Source of the DNA: Pseudomonadota bacterium
Lineage (GTDB): Bacteria > Pseudomonadota > Alphaproteobacteria > Paracaedibacterales > CAITNM01
Direction of reading: 5' to 3'
NCBI GenBank assembly: GCA_018062345.1
Contig: JAGOSL010000002.1
Span: 32,541-96,540, forward strand
DNA length: 64,000 nucleotides
Part shown: positions 8,755-17,682 of the stretch, piece by piece
Numbering within the stretch: the first letter of the stretch is position 1
Layout of the letters: each line of letters starts with the position of its first letter
Translations under genes and position numbers: made by a program
The notes under the pieces: generated by a model
Told to the model about the DNA's origin: nothing
Seen by the model: only the letters and a program-made list of their open reading frames with translations
Databases searched by the model: none

Positions 8755-10131
8755 GTGAAAGCGATTATTCTTGGGGCCGGACAGGTAGGGTTTAGTATTG
8801 CCCGTTATTTAGTCCAAGAACAAAATCACATTACTGTCGTGGATTCTTCGCCTCAAGTGCTTGATGCTATTTCTGATAAACTAGATGTGCAGCCTATTCT
8901 TGGTTTTGCCTCACATCCTGATGTTCTTGATCGTGCGGGCGCTAAAGAAGCTGATTTAATTATTGCTGTGACTTCTTCCGATGAAGTAAACATGATCGCT
9001 TGTGAGGTAGCGAAATGTTTATTCGATGTTTCTATGAAAATAGCGCGAGTAAGACACCAAAATTATCTTCATTCTGCCTGGTCTGAAATGCTAGCTTCTC
9101 AACAGCATACCATTGATGTCATTATTTCCCCTGAGGTTGAGGTGGCGCAAACTATCAACAGAAATTTACGTGTCCCAGGGGCTTTTGATGTGATTTCTTT
9201 GGTTGATGCATCTTTGAAACTTATTGGGGTTAGGTGTTTAGCGCATTCGGGGGTGGTTAACACACCTATTAAACATATTAATTCACTGTACCCTTCTCTT
9301 GATCTGGCGATAGTGCTTATTAAGCGTGACGAGCAAATTATATTTCCTTCTTCTCGGGATCATCTTTTGGTTGATGATGAGGTCTATGTCATTACCTTGC
9401 AAGAGCAGCTTAATGAGGTAATGGAAGCATTTGGTTATTCGACATCAGAGAGTCGAGAGATTTTGGTGGTAGGCGGTGGAAACATTGGCTTAAATCTTGC
9501 GATTGGTATGGAAAAAGAATATAAAAATGTTCACGCACGTATTATTGAAAAAGATGCAAAGCGCTGTGAGCACATGGCTCGCTTTCTAAAGCGTACTGAA
9601 ATTTTACATGGAGACGCTTTAGACTATGATTTGCTTCAGGAGGCAAATATAGAAAATTGTGAAACGGTTATCGCTGTTAGTAACGATGATAAGGTTAATA
9701 TTCTATCTTCACTGATTAGCAAAAGACACGGTGCAAAGCGATCGCTTGCTCTTTTGAATAATATGCAATACGCATCTATGGTAACGTCTTTGGGGGCTGA
9801 CGCAGTGATTAGCCCAAAAGCCTTAACTGTATCTACTATCTTAAAGCATGTGCGTGAAGGTAATTTGCAAAGTATTCACCCCATTGCTGAAGGTAATGTT
9901 GTTGTGATAGAGGGACGTGCAAAAGAAACCAGTCACATAATTGGCCTTGATATAGAGGATGTAACGATTATGTCAGAGATTATGGTTGTTGTGCTTATAC
10001 GAGAAGATAATCTGCATTTTTTGCCCCGCCGCATGAATATAAGCGCAAATGATAGGCTTATCATTGTTACCCAAAAGGAATCTGTGCATAAAATAGAAAA
10101 ATTATTTTCTATTCGTCCGTATTACTTATAA
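8755..10131 (+). CDS. trkA: Trk potassium transporter regulatory subunit TrkA
   Basis: Two RCK domains (ILGAGQVG, VVGGGNIG); conserved ntrYX-trkA synteny. Confidence 0.93.
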   Translation: MKAIILGAGQVGFSIARYLVQEQNHITVVDSSPQVLDAISDKLDVQPILGFASHPDVLDRAGAKEADLIIAVTSSDEVNMIACEVAKCLFDVSMKIARVRHQNYLHSAWSEMLASQQHTIDVIISPEVEVAQTINRNLRVPGAFDVISLVDASLKLIGVRCLAHSGVVNTPIKHINSLYPSLDLAIVLIKRDEQIIFPSSRDHLLVDDEVYVITLQEQLNEVMEAFGYSTSESREILVVGGGNIGLNLAIGMEKEYKNVHARIIEKDAKRCEHMARFLKRTEILHGDALDYDLLQEANIENCETVIAVSNDDKVNILSSLISKRHGAKRSLALLNNMQYASMVTSLGADAVISPKALTVSTILKHVREGNLQSIHPIAEGNVVVIEGRAKETSHIIGLDIEDVTIMSEIMVVVLIREDNLHFLPRRMNISANDRLIIVTQKESVHKIEKLFSIRPYYL

Positions 10132-10733
10132 TGCATTTGGAAAAAATTATGTCTGCATTTTTTATTTTTATGGCCTTATTTTTTAGTTCTGTTTTTTCTA
10201 ATGATGGTGATGATCTAAAAAAGATCGAACAATTTTTGAGCTTGATGAGTACTCTTGAGGCAGACATGACTATGGAGATTCAATCTGGAGCAGAAAATGC
10301 TGTGACAGAGCGCTTTGAAGGAAAAATCTGGTTAGATCGGCATAATGGATTTTTGCGTATAAATTATGGAAGTAATGTTATTTTGGCAAAAGGAGGGGTG
10401 CTTTTTGTTCACCAGGAAAATCAAGATCTGCAAAAATTTGATACGCAAGATACACCTGCTGGCATTTTGCTGAGATCGAAGATTAGTTTTGATGAAAAAG
10501 GAATTGCTGTAAAAAGTTTTACAAAAATAAAAGAACTTTGGCAGCTGTTTTTAACTTATGATAGCCCGATAGGTCAAGTGCCAGTCACACTTTATTTTAA
10601 GCCATTTCCGGTTATGATCTTGCTTGGTTGGACAATTCAAAACCCCGATGGGTCTGTAACAAATGTGCATTTAGACCCAGAAAAAACACATATGGCCGTG
10701 GCTATAAATCAATCAATTTTTTCTCTAAAATAA
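10131..10733 (+). CDS. lolA: Outer-membrane lipoprotein carrier LolA family protein
   Basis: Signal peptide; G.I.L.R.G.LRI.Y and TP.GILL LolA patterns; 200 aa. Confidence 0.65.
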   Translation: MHLEKIMSAFFIFMALFFSSVFSNDGDDLKKIEQFLSLMSTLEADMTMEIQSGAENAVTERFEGKIWLDRHNGFLRINYGSNVILAKGGVLFVHQENQDLQKFDTQDTPAGILLRSKISFDEKGIAVKSFTKIKELWQLFLTYDSPIGQVPVTLYFKPFPVMILLGWTIQNPDGSVTNVHLDPEKTHMAVAINQSIFSLK

Positions 10734-10739
10734 TGGCTA

Positions 10740-11069
10740 CTATTGCTCTCTGTCTTTTGCTTTGCAGGCTGAAGAAATTAACTTGCTGTGTTTGAAGTTC
10801 TTTTTAGTTGATCCTTGTTTAGCAGCCATTCGCATTTTCCTGTTGCACCCTAGTCTACCTGCCATTTCAGTTGCGGCATTAACGAGGAAAACAGATTTAC
10901 TGCCAAGACGTTTTAGTAGGGTTTTTTTGCCAAGAGCAAGGCGATTCTCACTTAATTTATTGGAGTGTAATTTGTGAACTTCTAAAAGTGGTAAAACAGA
11001 GCTTCCAAATACCCCGCTGAGTATTGAGATTGTGATTAAATATATAATTTTTTTATTATACAAATTCAT
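10740..11069 (-). CDS. Hypothetical basic protein with an N-terminal signal/TM segment
   Basis: 109-aa ORF filling the gap between lolA and rne; hydrophobic N-terminus IIYLITISILSGVFG; Lys/Arg-rich remainder. No family recognised. Confidence 0.5.
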   Translation of the reverse strand: MNLYNKKIIYLITISILSGVFGSSVLPLLEVHKLHSNKLSENRLALGKKTLLKRLGSKSVFLVNAATEMAGRLGCNRKMRMAAKQGSTKKNFKHSKLISSACKAKDREQ

Positions 11070-11110
11070 ACAATTTTTATTACTTCACTGTGTATTTTAA
11101 AAAAATAATT

Positions 11111-11126
11111 TTAATATATTGTTAAC
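11111..11126. promoter_or_regulatory. CtrA-binding-site-like motif TTAA-N7-TTAAC
   Basis: TTAA-TATATTG-TTAAC, 41 bp upstream of the 10740..11069 ORF. The region is very AT-rich, so a chance match is possible. Confidence 0.45.
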
Positions 11127-11367
11127 GCAATGAATTGTTTTTCTTTATTTTATGTTTGCTAATCAAATAATTTGTGCATTTATTGTTAAGGGACAAATGA
11201 AAAAAATTTAAACTTAAGTATATATTTGAACATTATTGTTGCGCAAATTAAAAAAACTTGCCTGTTTTAGCCGTTTTATGGTTTAATGAAGAAAAACAAA
11301 GTAGAGAGCTGGGAGACTGTGATCTTGTCAACCCGGCCATATCTGATCAACTGGAGATATTTTATTT

Positions 11368-13422
11368 ATGAGTAAAAAATTATTAATTGACGCAGCTCAT
11401 GTTGAGGAAACGCGAGTTGCTGTCGTTGACGACACTTATCTTGAGGAGTTTGACTCTGAACATTTTAGTAAGAAACAGCTGAAGTCCAATATATACCTAG
11501 CAAAGGTTGTGCGCATAGAGCCTTCTCTGCAGGCAGCATTTGTTGAGTATGGGGGAGACAAACATGGTTTTTTACCTTTTTCTGAGATTCACCCTGATTA
11601 TTATAGAATTCCTGTATCGGATAGAAAAGTTATGCCGCAGGAGTCGCTTAAGGAGAATTTAGAAACTAATACGCTGGATAATGATGATGTTGCTGAAGAG
11701 GCTGATGCGCCAGTAAAACAAAAACGAAGTTATAAGTACAAGATTCAAGAAGTTATTCAAAAACGTCAAATTTTACTAGTACAGATAGTAAAAGAGCAGC
11801 GAGGAAACAAAGGGGCTGCTTTATCCACATTTTTATCACTAGCTGGACGTTACTGCGTGCTTATACCAAATGCAGGCAACCGGAATGGTGGAATTTCTCG
11901 TAAAATACAAGATGATTCTGACCGCAAGCGATTAAAAGAAGTTTTAAATGATTTAGAGATTCCTGAAGGAATGAGCCTGATTGTGCGGACAGCTGGTCAA
12001 GAGCGGTCAAAAATTGAGATACGGCGAGATTATGATTATTTGATTCATGTGTGGGAAGAAATTCGTTCTAAAACTTTAGAGTCTATAGCTCCGTGTTTGA
12101 TTCATGAAGAAGGCGATCTTGTTAAGCGCGCTATTCGTGATATTTATACACGAGAAATAGATGAGGTTCTTATCGAAGGCGAAGATGCATACAAAGAAGC
12201 AAAAGCTTTCATGAAGATTTTAATGCCAAGCCATGCAAAGAAAGTAAAACTTTACAAAGATGAGCAGGTTCCATTATTTCATAAATTTAAAGTAGAACAA
12301 CACATTGAGAAAATGATGTTCCCAAAGGTGGATTTAGCTTCAGGGGGCTCTATTGTCATCAATCATACAGAGGCATTAGTTGCGATTGATGTGAACTCAG
12401 GGAAATCTACGCGCGAGCGTAATATTGATGTTACTGCGCTAAAAACAAATTTAGAAGCAGCGCAAGAAATTGCTCGTCAGTTGCGTTTACGTGATCTATC
12501 TGGATTGCTGGTTATTGACTTTATTGACATGGATGATAATAACCATATTCAACAAGTTGAGCGCAAATTTAAAGAAGCCTTAAAACCAGATCGCGCGCGC
12601 ATTCAGTTAGGAAGAATTAGCCAGTTTGGATTGCTTGAGTTATCTCGCCAGCGCCTGCGACCAAGTTTGATTGAAACACATACATCTCCCTGTGCTCATT
12701 GTCATGGAACAGGCATCGTTCGTTCAACAGAATCTTTATCGCTTCAAATATTGCGAGCAATAGAGCGTGAAGCTGTAAAAGGAAGAGCCGCCGACATACA
12801 GGTTGCTGTTCCAAAGGACGTTGACTTATATCTGTTAAATCAAAAACGCCGAGAAATTATATTAATAGAGAATCGTTTCGACGTTTCAATTTTTGTGGTT
12901 CGGGAAGATATTTCCTTGGCTCCTTTTTTCCGTATAGATATTTTGAGCGTAAAAGAAGGCGCCCTTCTTAAGGGTAGTGAAGAAGCTGAAGAGATAAAAG
13001 AAGCGCCAGGTGCAAAAAAAGGAAAGGCATCTTCGCAGGAAGCCGTGGTTGAAAAGTCTGAAGATTCTCAAGATTTTCATCAAAAGAGACACAGACATAA
13101 GAGAAAGCATGCTGCGTATAAGAAGAGCGCTCAGGTAGCGGATGCGGGAGAGCAAGCAGCAACAGAAACAGTTGTGCAAAAACCTATCAAAAATCAACAG
13201 GCCGAAACCCATAGTGAAGAGAATGAGCAGGGCGATGATGCAACCTTAAGAAGTGCCGAAATAATTGCACCTCAATTTGGAAAAAAACGCCGTCGCTACC
13301 GTGGAAATCGCAAGCGTAAAGATGGTGTTGCTGAAGAAGGTAATGTAGCTAATACATTGCCAAAAACAGATAAACCAGAAACTTCTAAAAAAAAAAACTG
13401 GCTTAGGCGCTTGCTAGATTAA
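11368..13422 (+). CDS. rne: Ribonuclease E/G
   Basis: IDAAHVEETRVAVV, SNIYLAKVVRIEPSLQAAFVEYG, AIDVNSG, VIDFIDM, CAHCHGTG zinc link; charged C-terminal tail. Confidence 0.97.
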   Translation: MSKKLLIDAAHVEETRVAVVDDTYLEEFDSEHFSKKQLKSNIYLAKVVRIEPSLQAAFVEYGGDKHGFLPFSEIHPDYYRIPVSDRKVMPQESLKENLETNTLDNDDVAEEADAPVKQKRSYKYKIQEVIQKRQILLVQIVKEQRGNKGAALSTFLSLAGRYCVLIPNAGNRNGGISRKIQDDSDRKRLKEVLNDLEIPEGMSLIVRTAGQERSKIEIRRDYDYLIHVWEEIRSKTLESIAPCLIHEEGDLVKRAIRDIYTREIDEVLIEGEDAYKEAKAFMKILMPSHAKKVKLYKDEQVPLFHKFKVEQHIEKMMFPKVDLASGGSIVINHTEALVAIDVNSGKSTRERNIDVTALKTNLEAAQEIARQLRLRDLSGLLVIDFIDMDDNNHIQQVERKFKEALKPDRARIQLGRISQFGLLELSRQRLRPSLIETHTSPCAHCHGTGIVRSTESLSLQILRAIEREAVKGRAADIQVAVPKDVDLYLLNQKRREIILIENRFDVSIFVVREDISLAPFFRIDILSVKEGALLKGSEEAEEIKEAPGAKKGKASSQEAVVEKSEDSQDFHQKRHRHKRKHAAYKKSAQVADAGEQAATETVVQKPIKNQQAETHSEENEQGDDATLRSAEIIAPQFGKKRRRYRGNRKRKDGVAEEGNVANTLPKTDKPETSKKKNWLRRLLD

Positions 13423-14768
13423 CCACCTATTGAATTTAGTGCGTCATACAGCTCGTCTATAGAATTAAAGACAGTTGTCATGTTGTTGAATCGTTGAAGG
13501 CGTTCTATCATTTGTGCCATTTGAGGGATAATTTCGACAGTACTACTTTCAAGGGCGCCGACAGCTACTTTTCCGGCAGAATTTTCACCTATGTAACAAT
13601 AGGTGACATCTCCTGAGCCTTTGTTGTATGTTGTGTTTCCGATAGTTTCTTTACTGTTATTTTGCAGATAAAGTCCCTTTTCTAGCATTTCTAATCCATC
13701 TGGGTTATTGAAGCACCCTACTACTAAACGTCCTATGAGTTCAGATTTTCCATTATCAAAGTTTCCGTAAATATTGCCATTCTCATCAAAATTTAATGTC
13801 TTAAAGGCGCCAGAGGTTTGCCCATTAACTTGAACTTGCAATCGAGACTGCCCGCCGTTTATGACTATTACGCCGTCTGGTTGACCAACTGTTCCAAGGT
13901 TCATGGATGGAGTGATTGATGCGCCCCCTGGACATGTAATGTTTAAATCTGGTGGGGTAGCATTGCCATTAAATGAGAGAGGATATTTATTTGTGGGATC
14001 AAAATTTATGATAACCGGATTTGCTGGAACTGAATTTGAGGGGTCTCCAGCGCTGTATGCTCCATTTACTGTTGAGTTTGCGGGGGCTTGGATGGTTAAC
14101 GACCATGATTGCCCTGTGCCACTACTGTCTGCCCAATCAGCATTGCGTGTGAAAACATAATTTAGGGTGCGTGGAGTTCCTGAAGAATCATATACTGAGA
14201 CAGCCCTTGTAACGCTGCTTCCAATGTTACCTGAGAGACCACATCTGAACGTAATTTCTGAAGTTTGTATGGCGCTTGAGCTTAGGTTAGAGCTTGAGCA
14301 GTCCAGAACACTTAATGATGTGTTTGACAAATTTGTTGGTAGCACTCCATTTACAGCAGGAGCATACAGCAACTGCATGCCAAAATGATTTTGTATTTTA
14401 TTTTCTGCGTTGTAACCAAATGTTCCGACACGAGTAAAATACTGATTACCATTTGCATCTTGTACAGGGAAAAAAGAGGCATCTCCTAATAGTGACAAAT
14501 GAGTATCTACTTGAGAACTGACAGGTGCGCCAGCACCTCGAATATGATAGTGGACATTATTTTCCAAAATTCCAGCAGATTCTCCGCCCATATAAGAGTA
14601 ATAGACATTTTGAAATGTATGACGAGATCGTCCTGCAACGGTTGCTTCGGCAGCTAAGTTATGGGCCGTATCGTTAGTGGATTTTGCTGTATTGTTTAAG
14701 GCAATAGCGTCTCTATTTAGAGCGCCTGCTAAGGTTGAATTATCAAATCTTGGTACTAAATCTGACAT
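13419..14768 (-). CDS. flgE: Divergent flagellar hook protein FlgE
   Basis: THLSLLGDASFFPVQDANGNQYFTRVGTF, FKTLNFDENGNIYGNFDNG, FNNPDGLE, GALESSTV hook motifs; follows flgD. Confidence 0.8.
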   Translation of the reverse strand: MSDLVPRFDNSTLAGALNRDAIALNNTAKSTNDTAHNLAAEATVAGRSRHTFQNVYYSYMGGESAGILENNVHYHIRGAGAPVSSQVDTHLSLLGDASFFPVQDANGNQYFTRVGTFGYNAENKIQNHFGMQLLYAPAVNGVLPTNLSNTSLSVLDCSSSNLSSSAIQTSEITFRCGLSGNIGSSVTRAVSVYDSSGTPRTLNYVFTRNADWADSSGTGQSWSLTIQAPANSTVNGAYSAGDPSNSVPANPVIINFDPTNKYPLSFNGNATPPDLNITCPGGASITPSMNLGTVGQPDGVIVINGGQSRLQVQVNGQTSGAFKTLNFDENGNIYGNFDNGKSELIGRLVVGCFNNPDGLEMLEKGLYLQNNSKETIGNTTYNKGSGDVTYCYIGENSAGKVAVGALESSTVEIIPQMAQMIERLQRFNNMTTVFNSIDELYDALNSIGG

Positions 14769-15571
14769 TAGGCAACCTCATCTACGCTTTTTGCAAGTAC
14801 GGAGGGGTCTCCACTGTAAATGGAAAGCATCTGTCTGATTGGTTGATTTCCGCTGTAGTAAACAGGTTTCCCATTAGCTGGGTCAGGACGAACTTCCTGT
14901 ATTCTTTTTGGAATATAAGATGGAATGATTGCGCTTTTTCCTTCTTCGTCTGTAATGGTGGCATGAACAATGTATTGACCATGTTTTGCAACCTCTCCAT
15001 CTTTGTCCAAACCATCCCAGTTTATATACTGAATGCCTGGTTGACTGTTTGATGTCCATTCTCTTGTTATCAACCCTTTTTCATCAATTAAAGCAACTTG
15101 TACGATGCCTTCTTGTTCAGGAATATCAATAGCAAGGTCAGTGGTTTTACCTTTAAATTCAATTCTGTGATCTTTAACTAAGGCTTCTCTTCCTACGTTT
15201 CTGGACATTGATACAAATAAATTGTGCAGACCTATTTTATTGCCATCTTCTTGCAGGGCGACGCGTTGCATGTTGCCTGTTGCATTGAGCATATCTAGCA
15301 TGCTTCTTAACATGTCTGTAGTATTGAATTTATCATCACCCAGTGGGACCCGCCCCTTTACGTAGGCCAACACCATTTCTTGAATACCTCTGACGGTTTT
15401 TTTTATATCTTTTTCTAGTTGGCTACTTTCTCCGTTTCTGAGCGTATCAATGTCAGGACTTTTTACCAAATCGTCAAAGGGAGTCCCGCTAGATTTTGTT
15501 TCTTTTGGATGATAATTTTCTAATTTGATATTAGAGCGAAATTCCTGAGATCCTATGACATTAGAGGGCAT
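14768..15571 (-). CDS. flgD: Divergent flagellar hook-capping protein FlgD
   Basis: FlgD Ig domain VQVALIDEKG...YINWDGLDKDGEVAKHGQY; located between fliK-like and flgE. Confidence 0.75.
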   Translation of the reverse strand: MPSNVIGSQEFRSNIKLENYHPKETKSSGTPFDDLVKSPDIDTLRNGESSQLEKDIKKTVRGIQEMVLAYVKGRVPLGDDKFNTTDMLRSMLDMLNATGNMQRVALQEDGNKIGLHNLFVSMSRNVGREALVKDHRIEFKGKTTDLAIDIPEQEGIVQVALIDEKGLITREWTSNSQPGIQYINWDGLDKDGEVAKHGQYIVHATITDEEGKSAIIPSYIPKRIQEVRPDPANGKPVYYSGNQPIRQMLSIYSGDPSVLAKSVDEVA

Positions 15572-15581
15572 TTTATGTTCC

Positions 15582-16580
15582 TTACATGGTTGTTGATTTT
15601 GTTAAGCTTGTGCATTTGTTGAATTGCATTCTAGAAGAGTCGATGGTGTATCCTTCTTGAGTGATGATGTTCATAAATTCTTCACGGTGTTGGGCAAAAA
15701 GAGCAACGATTTGATCATTTGATCCTGTAAACATTACGCGAATTTTACCTTTATTTGCGTCATTAGGGTTTGCTTCTTTGCGATCGAAGCGCATGTGAAT
15801 ATCTACAATTCCTTCAGGGTGCTTGAGCGGGATCATGATATATGGATGTTGAGCATTTAGTTGCTGTTTGAATTTTTCTTTTACGTCTCGTAATGCTTCA
15901 ATTTCTTCCTTTTTTAATAGTTGAGCATTCTCATTTGGTGCTGTAGGGCTTACCTTTATAGATGATTTTGTTAGTTTTTGGTTTGCTTCACCAAATTTTT
16001 GCGAGTTACTTTCTTTATTATTATCTTGGTGCTGAGTGCGCTCATGAACTGCGCCAACTAATCCCATTGAAATTTGTTCGATGTCTGTTGGATTTGCGCT
16101 AGTTGATAGAATAAGGGGGTCTATTGTTGTGCGGGGTCCATAACCCTTATCTATTGTATATTTTTGTGGTTGAATCGATGGGGCTGAGCTTAAAACTTCT
16201 ATAAGTTTGGGGGTATCAGTAGGGAGAATTCTTCCGATCTTGTCTAAAGGCAGTATTGATTCAAGTTTTATCTCTGGCTGTTTGGCGTGATGATCGCTGG
16301 TTGTTTTTTGTAATGGGGCATTTTCTGGCCCAAAACGTTGATTTTGCATTGTGGCAGTTACTTCTGTCGCTATAAGAAAATTTTCTTGAAGATGTGAAGA
16401 TGAGCTGGCCAGAAACGATGTAAAATCCTGATGAATTGGAGCACGAAGACCCTCCCCTTTTATTTGGGAGGAAAATTTTGCATCAATCTGAGTTTGAGGT
16501 ACTACAATTTCTTTTTCATTTTGATTAATGCGCGCAAGTGTTTGAGCTTTCGCTCCATGAAGCGATAGTGATTGCACCAT
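15582..16580 (-). CDS. fliK: Flagellar hook-length control protein FliK-like
   Basis: Low-complexity Pro/Gln/Ser/Thr N-region and a C-terminal T3S4-like domain (IPLKHPEGIVDIHMRF...IRVMFTG...HREEFMNIITQEG); fliK-flgD-flgE order. Confidence 0.7.
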   Translation of the reverse strand: MVQSLSLHGAKAQTLARINQNEKEIVVPQTQIDAKFSSQIKGEGLRAPIHQDFTSFLASSSSHLQENFLIATEVTATMQNQRFGPENAPLQKTTSDHHAKQPEIKLESILPLDKIGRILPTDTPKLIEVLSSAPSIQPQKYTIDKGYGPRTTIDPLILSTSANPTDIEQISMGLVGAVHERTQHQDNNKESNSQKFGEANQKLTKSSIKVSPTAPNENAQLLKKEEIEALRDVKEKFKQQLNAQHPYIMIPLKHPEGIVDIHMRFDRKEANPNDANKGKIRVMFTGSNDQIVALFAQHREEFMNIITQEGYTIDSSRMQFNKCTSLTKSTTM

Positions 16581-16616
16581 AACTTAAACCCTTTTTTGCA
16601 TTAATATCGAGGTACA

Positions 16617-16633
16617 TGCAAGGGCTGTGCCAG
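16617..16633 (-). promoter_or_regulatory. Sigma54 (RpoN) -24/-12 promoter of fliK-flgD-flgE
   Basis: Minus strand CTGGCAC-AGCCC-TTGCA is an exact TGGCAC-N5-TTGCA consensus, 36 nt upstream of the fliK ATG. Confidence 0.85.
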
Positions 16634-16637
16634 GGCA

Positions 16638-16670
16638 ATAAAAAAGCCCCGTACAAGACGAGGCTTTATA
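16638..16670 (-). terminator. Intrinsic terminator after the small secreted protein gene
   Basis: Minus strand AAAGCCTCGT-CTTGT-ACGGGGCTTT followed by a T tract. Confidence 0.8.
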
Positions 16671-16689
16671 AAAAGAGAAAGTTAAGAAA

Positions 16690-16917
16690 TTATTTCTTTT
16701 CTTCTTTTTCTTCTTTAGCACCAGCAACAACTTCTGTTGCAGCTTTTTTGTCATCAACAGGTGCAGTAACGGCTTCAGCTGTAGTTGCAGCTTTTTCTTC
16801 TACTTTTGATTCTGTAGTAGTTACATCAGCTTTAACTTCAGCTTTTGACTCTGTAGTAGTTGCAGCTACAAGTGCAGCTGTAGAAATAGCAAGAATAGCA
16901 AGAGCTTGCTTTAACAT
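16690..16917 (-). CDS. Small secreted low-complexity protein (T/E/K/A-rich)
   Basis: RBS-like AAGGAG upstream; signal peptide MLKQALAILAISTAALVA; TTTESK twice; has its own terminator. Confidence 0.8.
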   Translation of the reverse strand: MLKQALAILAISTAALVAATTTESKAEVKADVTTTESKVEEKAATTAEAVTAPVDDKKAATEVVAGAKEEKEEKK

Positions 16918-16997
16918 GGAATTCTCCTTAGATTGATTGAAATAAAAACTTACAGGGTCATTCTATTGATCGTAAAGATCGTTGACAAGGGGGAATC

Positions 16998-17672
16998 GTG
17001 TACTTTTTTTACATATTTGAGGTGAATTCTACTCAAGATCACAGCAAAGCATTGAAATTACTGCATTCTGCTGATGTGTCTTTTTGGGTACAGTCCAGAT
17101 ATCAAACCTGTGGGCGGGGGCAACGAGGAAGAAGTTGGAGTAGTTTTGATGGAAATTTATTTTTGACCGGTAGCTTTTTGCTTCCTAAAACAAATATATT
17201 GGGACAATTCTCAATAATGACTGGGGTTTTTTTAGCTAAGATTTTGCAATTATTTCTTCCTGATCAAAGAATGGCGCTTAAATGGCCGAATGATTTATTA
17301 TGCGACCATAAAAAAATTGGTGGCATTCTTATGGAGGTAGAAGATAGCAGGGTTTATGTAGGGATTGGTATAAACGTAGTTTCACATCCTGATGGTACAA
17401 ATATGCCTTCGACTCATGCACAAGCTTATAACAATATTGATATGGATGCTTTGATAAAAAAAATCATGGAATGCTTACCAGGGTTTTGGGTGCTAGAAAA
17501 TTTTGAACAAATACAACATGAGTGGTGGTTGTTTGCAAAAGATAGTGTTTTATTTTGGAAAGTGCGTGAGCCGCTAGAGGGTGAAATTATTGGTATTGAT
17601 GAACAAGGTCAGCTTTTGATGGTAACAAAAAATGGGGATATAGCTAAGAGGCATCAGGCATTTGCTGAATAA
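16998..17672 (+). CDS. birA: Biotin--[acetyl-CoA carboxylase] ligase (no HTH domain)
   Basis: EVNSTQD, QTCGRGQRGRSW, LKWPNDL, KKIGGILME motifs. Confidence 0.9.
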   Translation: MYFFYIFEVNSTQDHSKALKLLHSADVSFWVQSRYQTCGRGQRGRSWSSFDGNLFLTGSFLLPKTNILGQFSIMTGVFLAKILQLFLPDQRMALKWPNDLLCDHKKIGGILMEVEDSRVYVGIGINVVSHPDGTNMPSTHAQAYNNIDMDALIKKIMECLPGFWVLENFEQIQHEWWLFAKDSVLFWKVREPLEGEIIGIDEQGQLLMVTKNGDIAKRHQAFAE

Positions 17673-17682
17673 TTTTGGATGG

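Noticed and set aside
11821-11829. Perfect DnaA boxes TTATCCACA here and TGTGGATAA at 23271-23279, as a possible oriC
   Set aside because: Single boxes within or at the start of coding sequence, with no cluster or unwinding element; oriC is not identifiable in this window.
13587-13604. ACCTAT-N6-ATAGGT in flgE and TCCTAT-N7-ATAGGT at 38943-38961 in msbA
   Set aside because: Wrong spacing compared with the two 20-bp intergenic boxes, and both lie inside coding regions.
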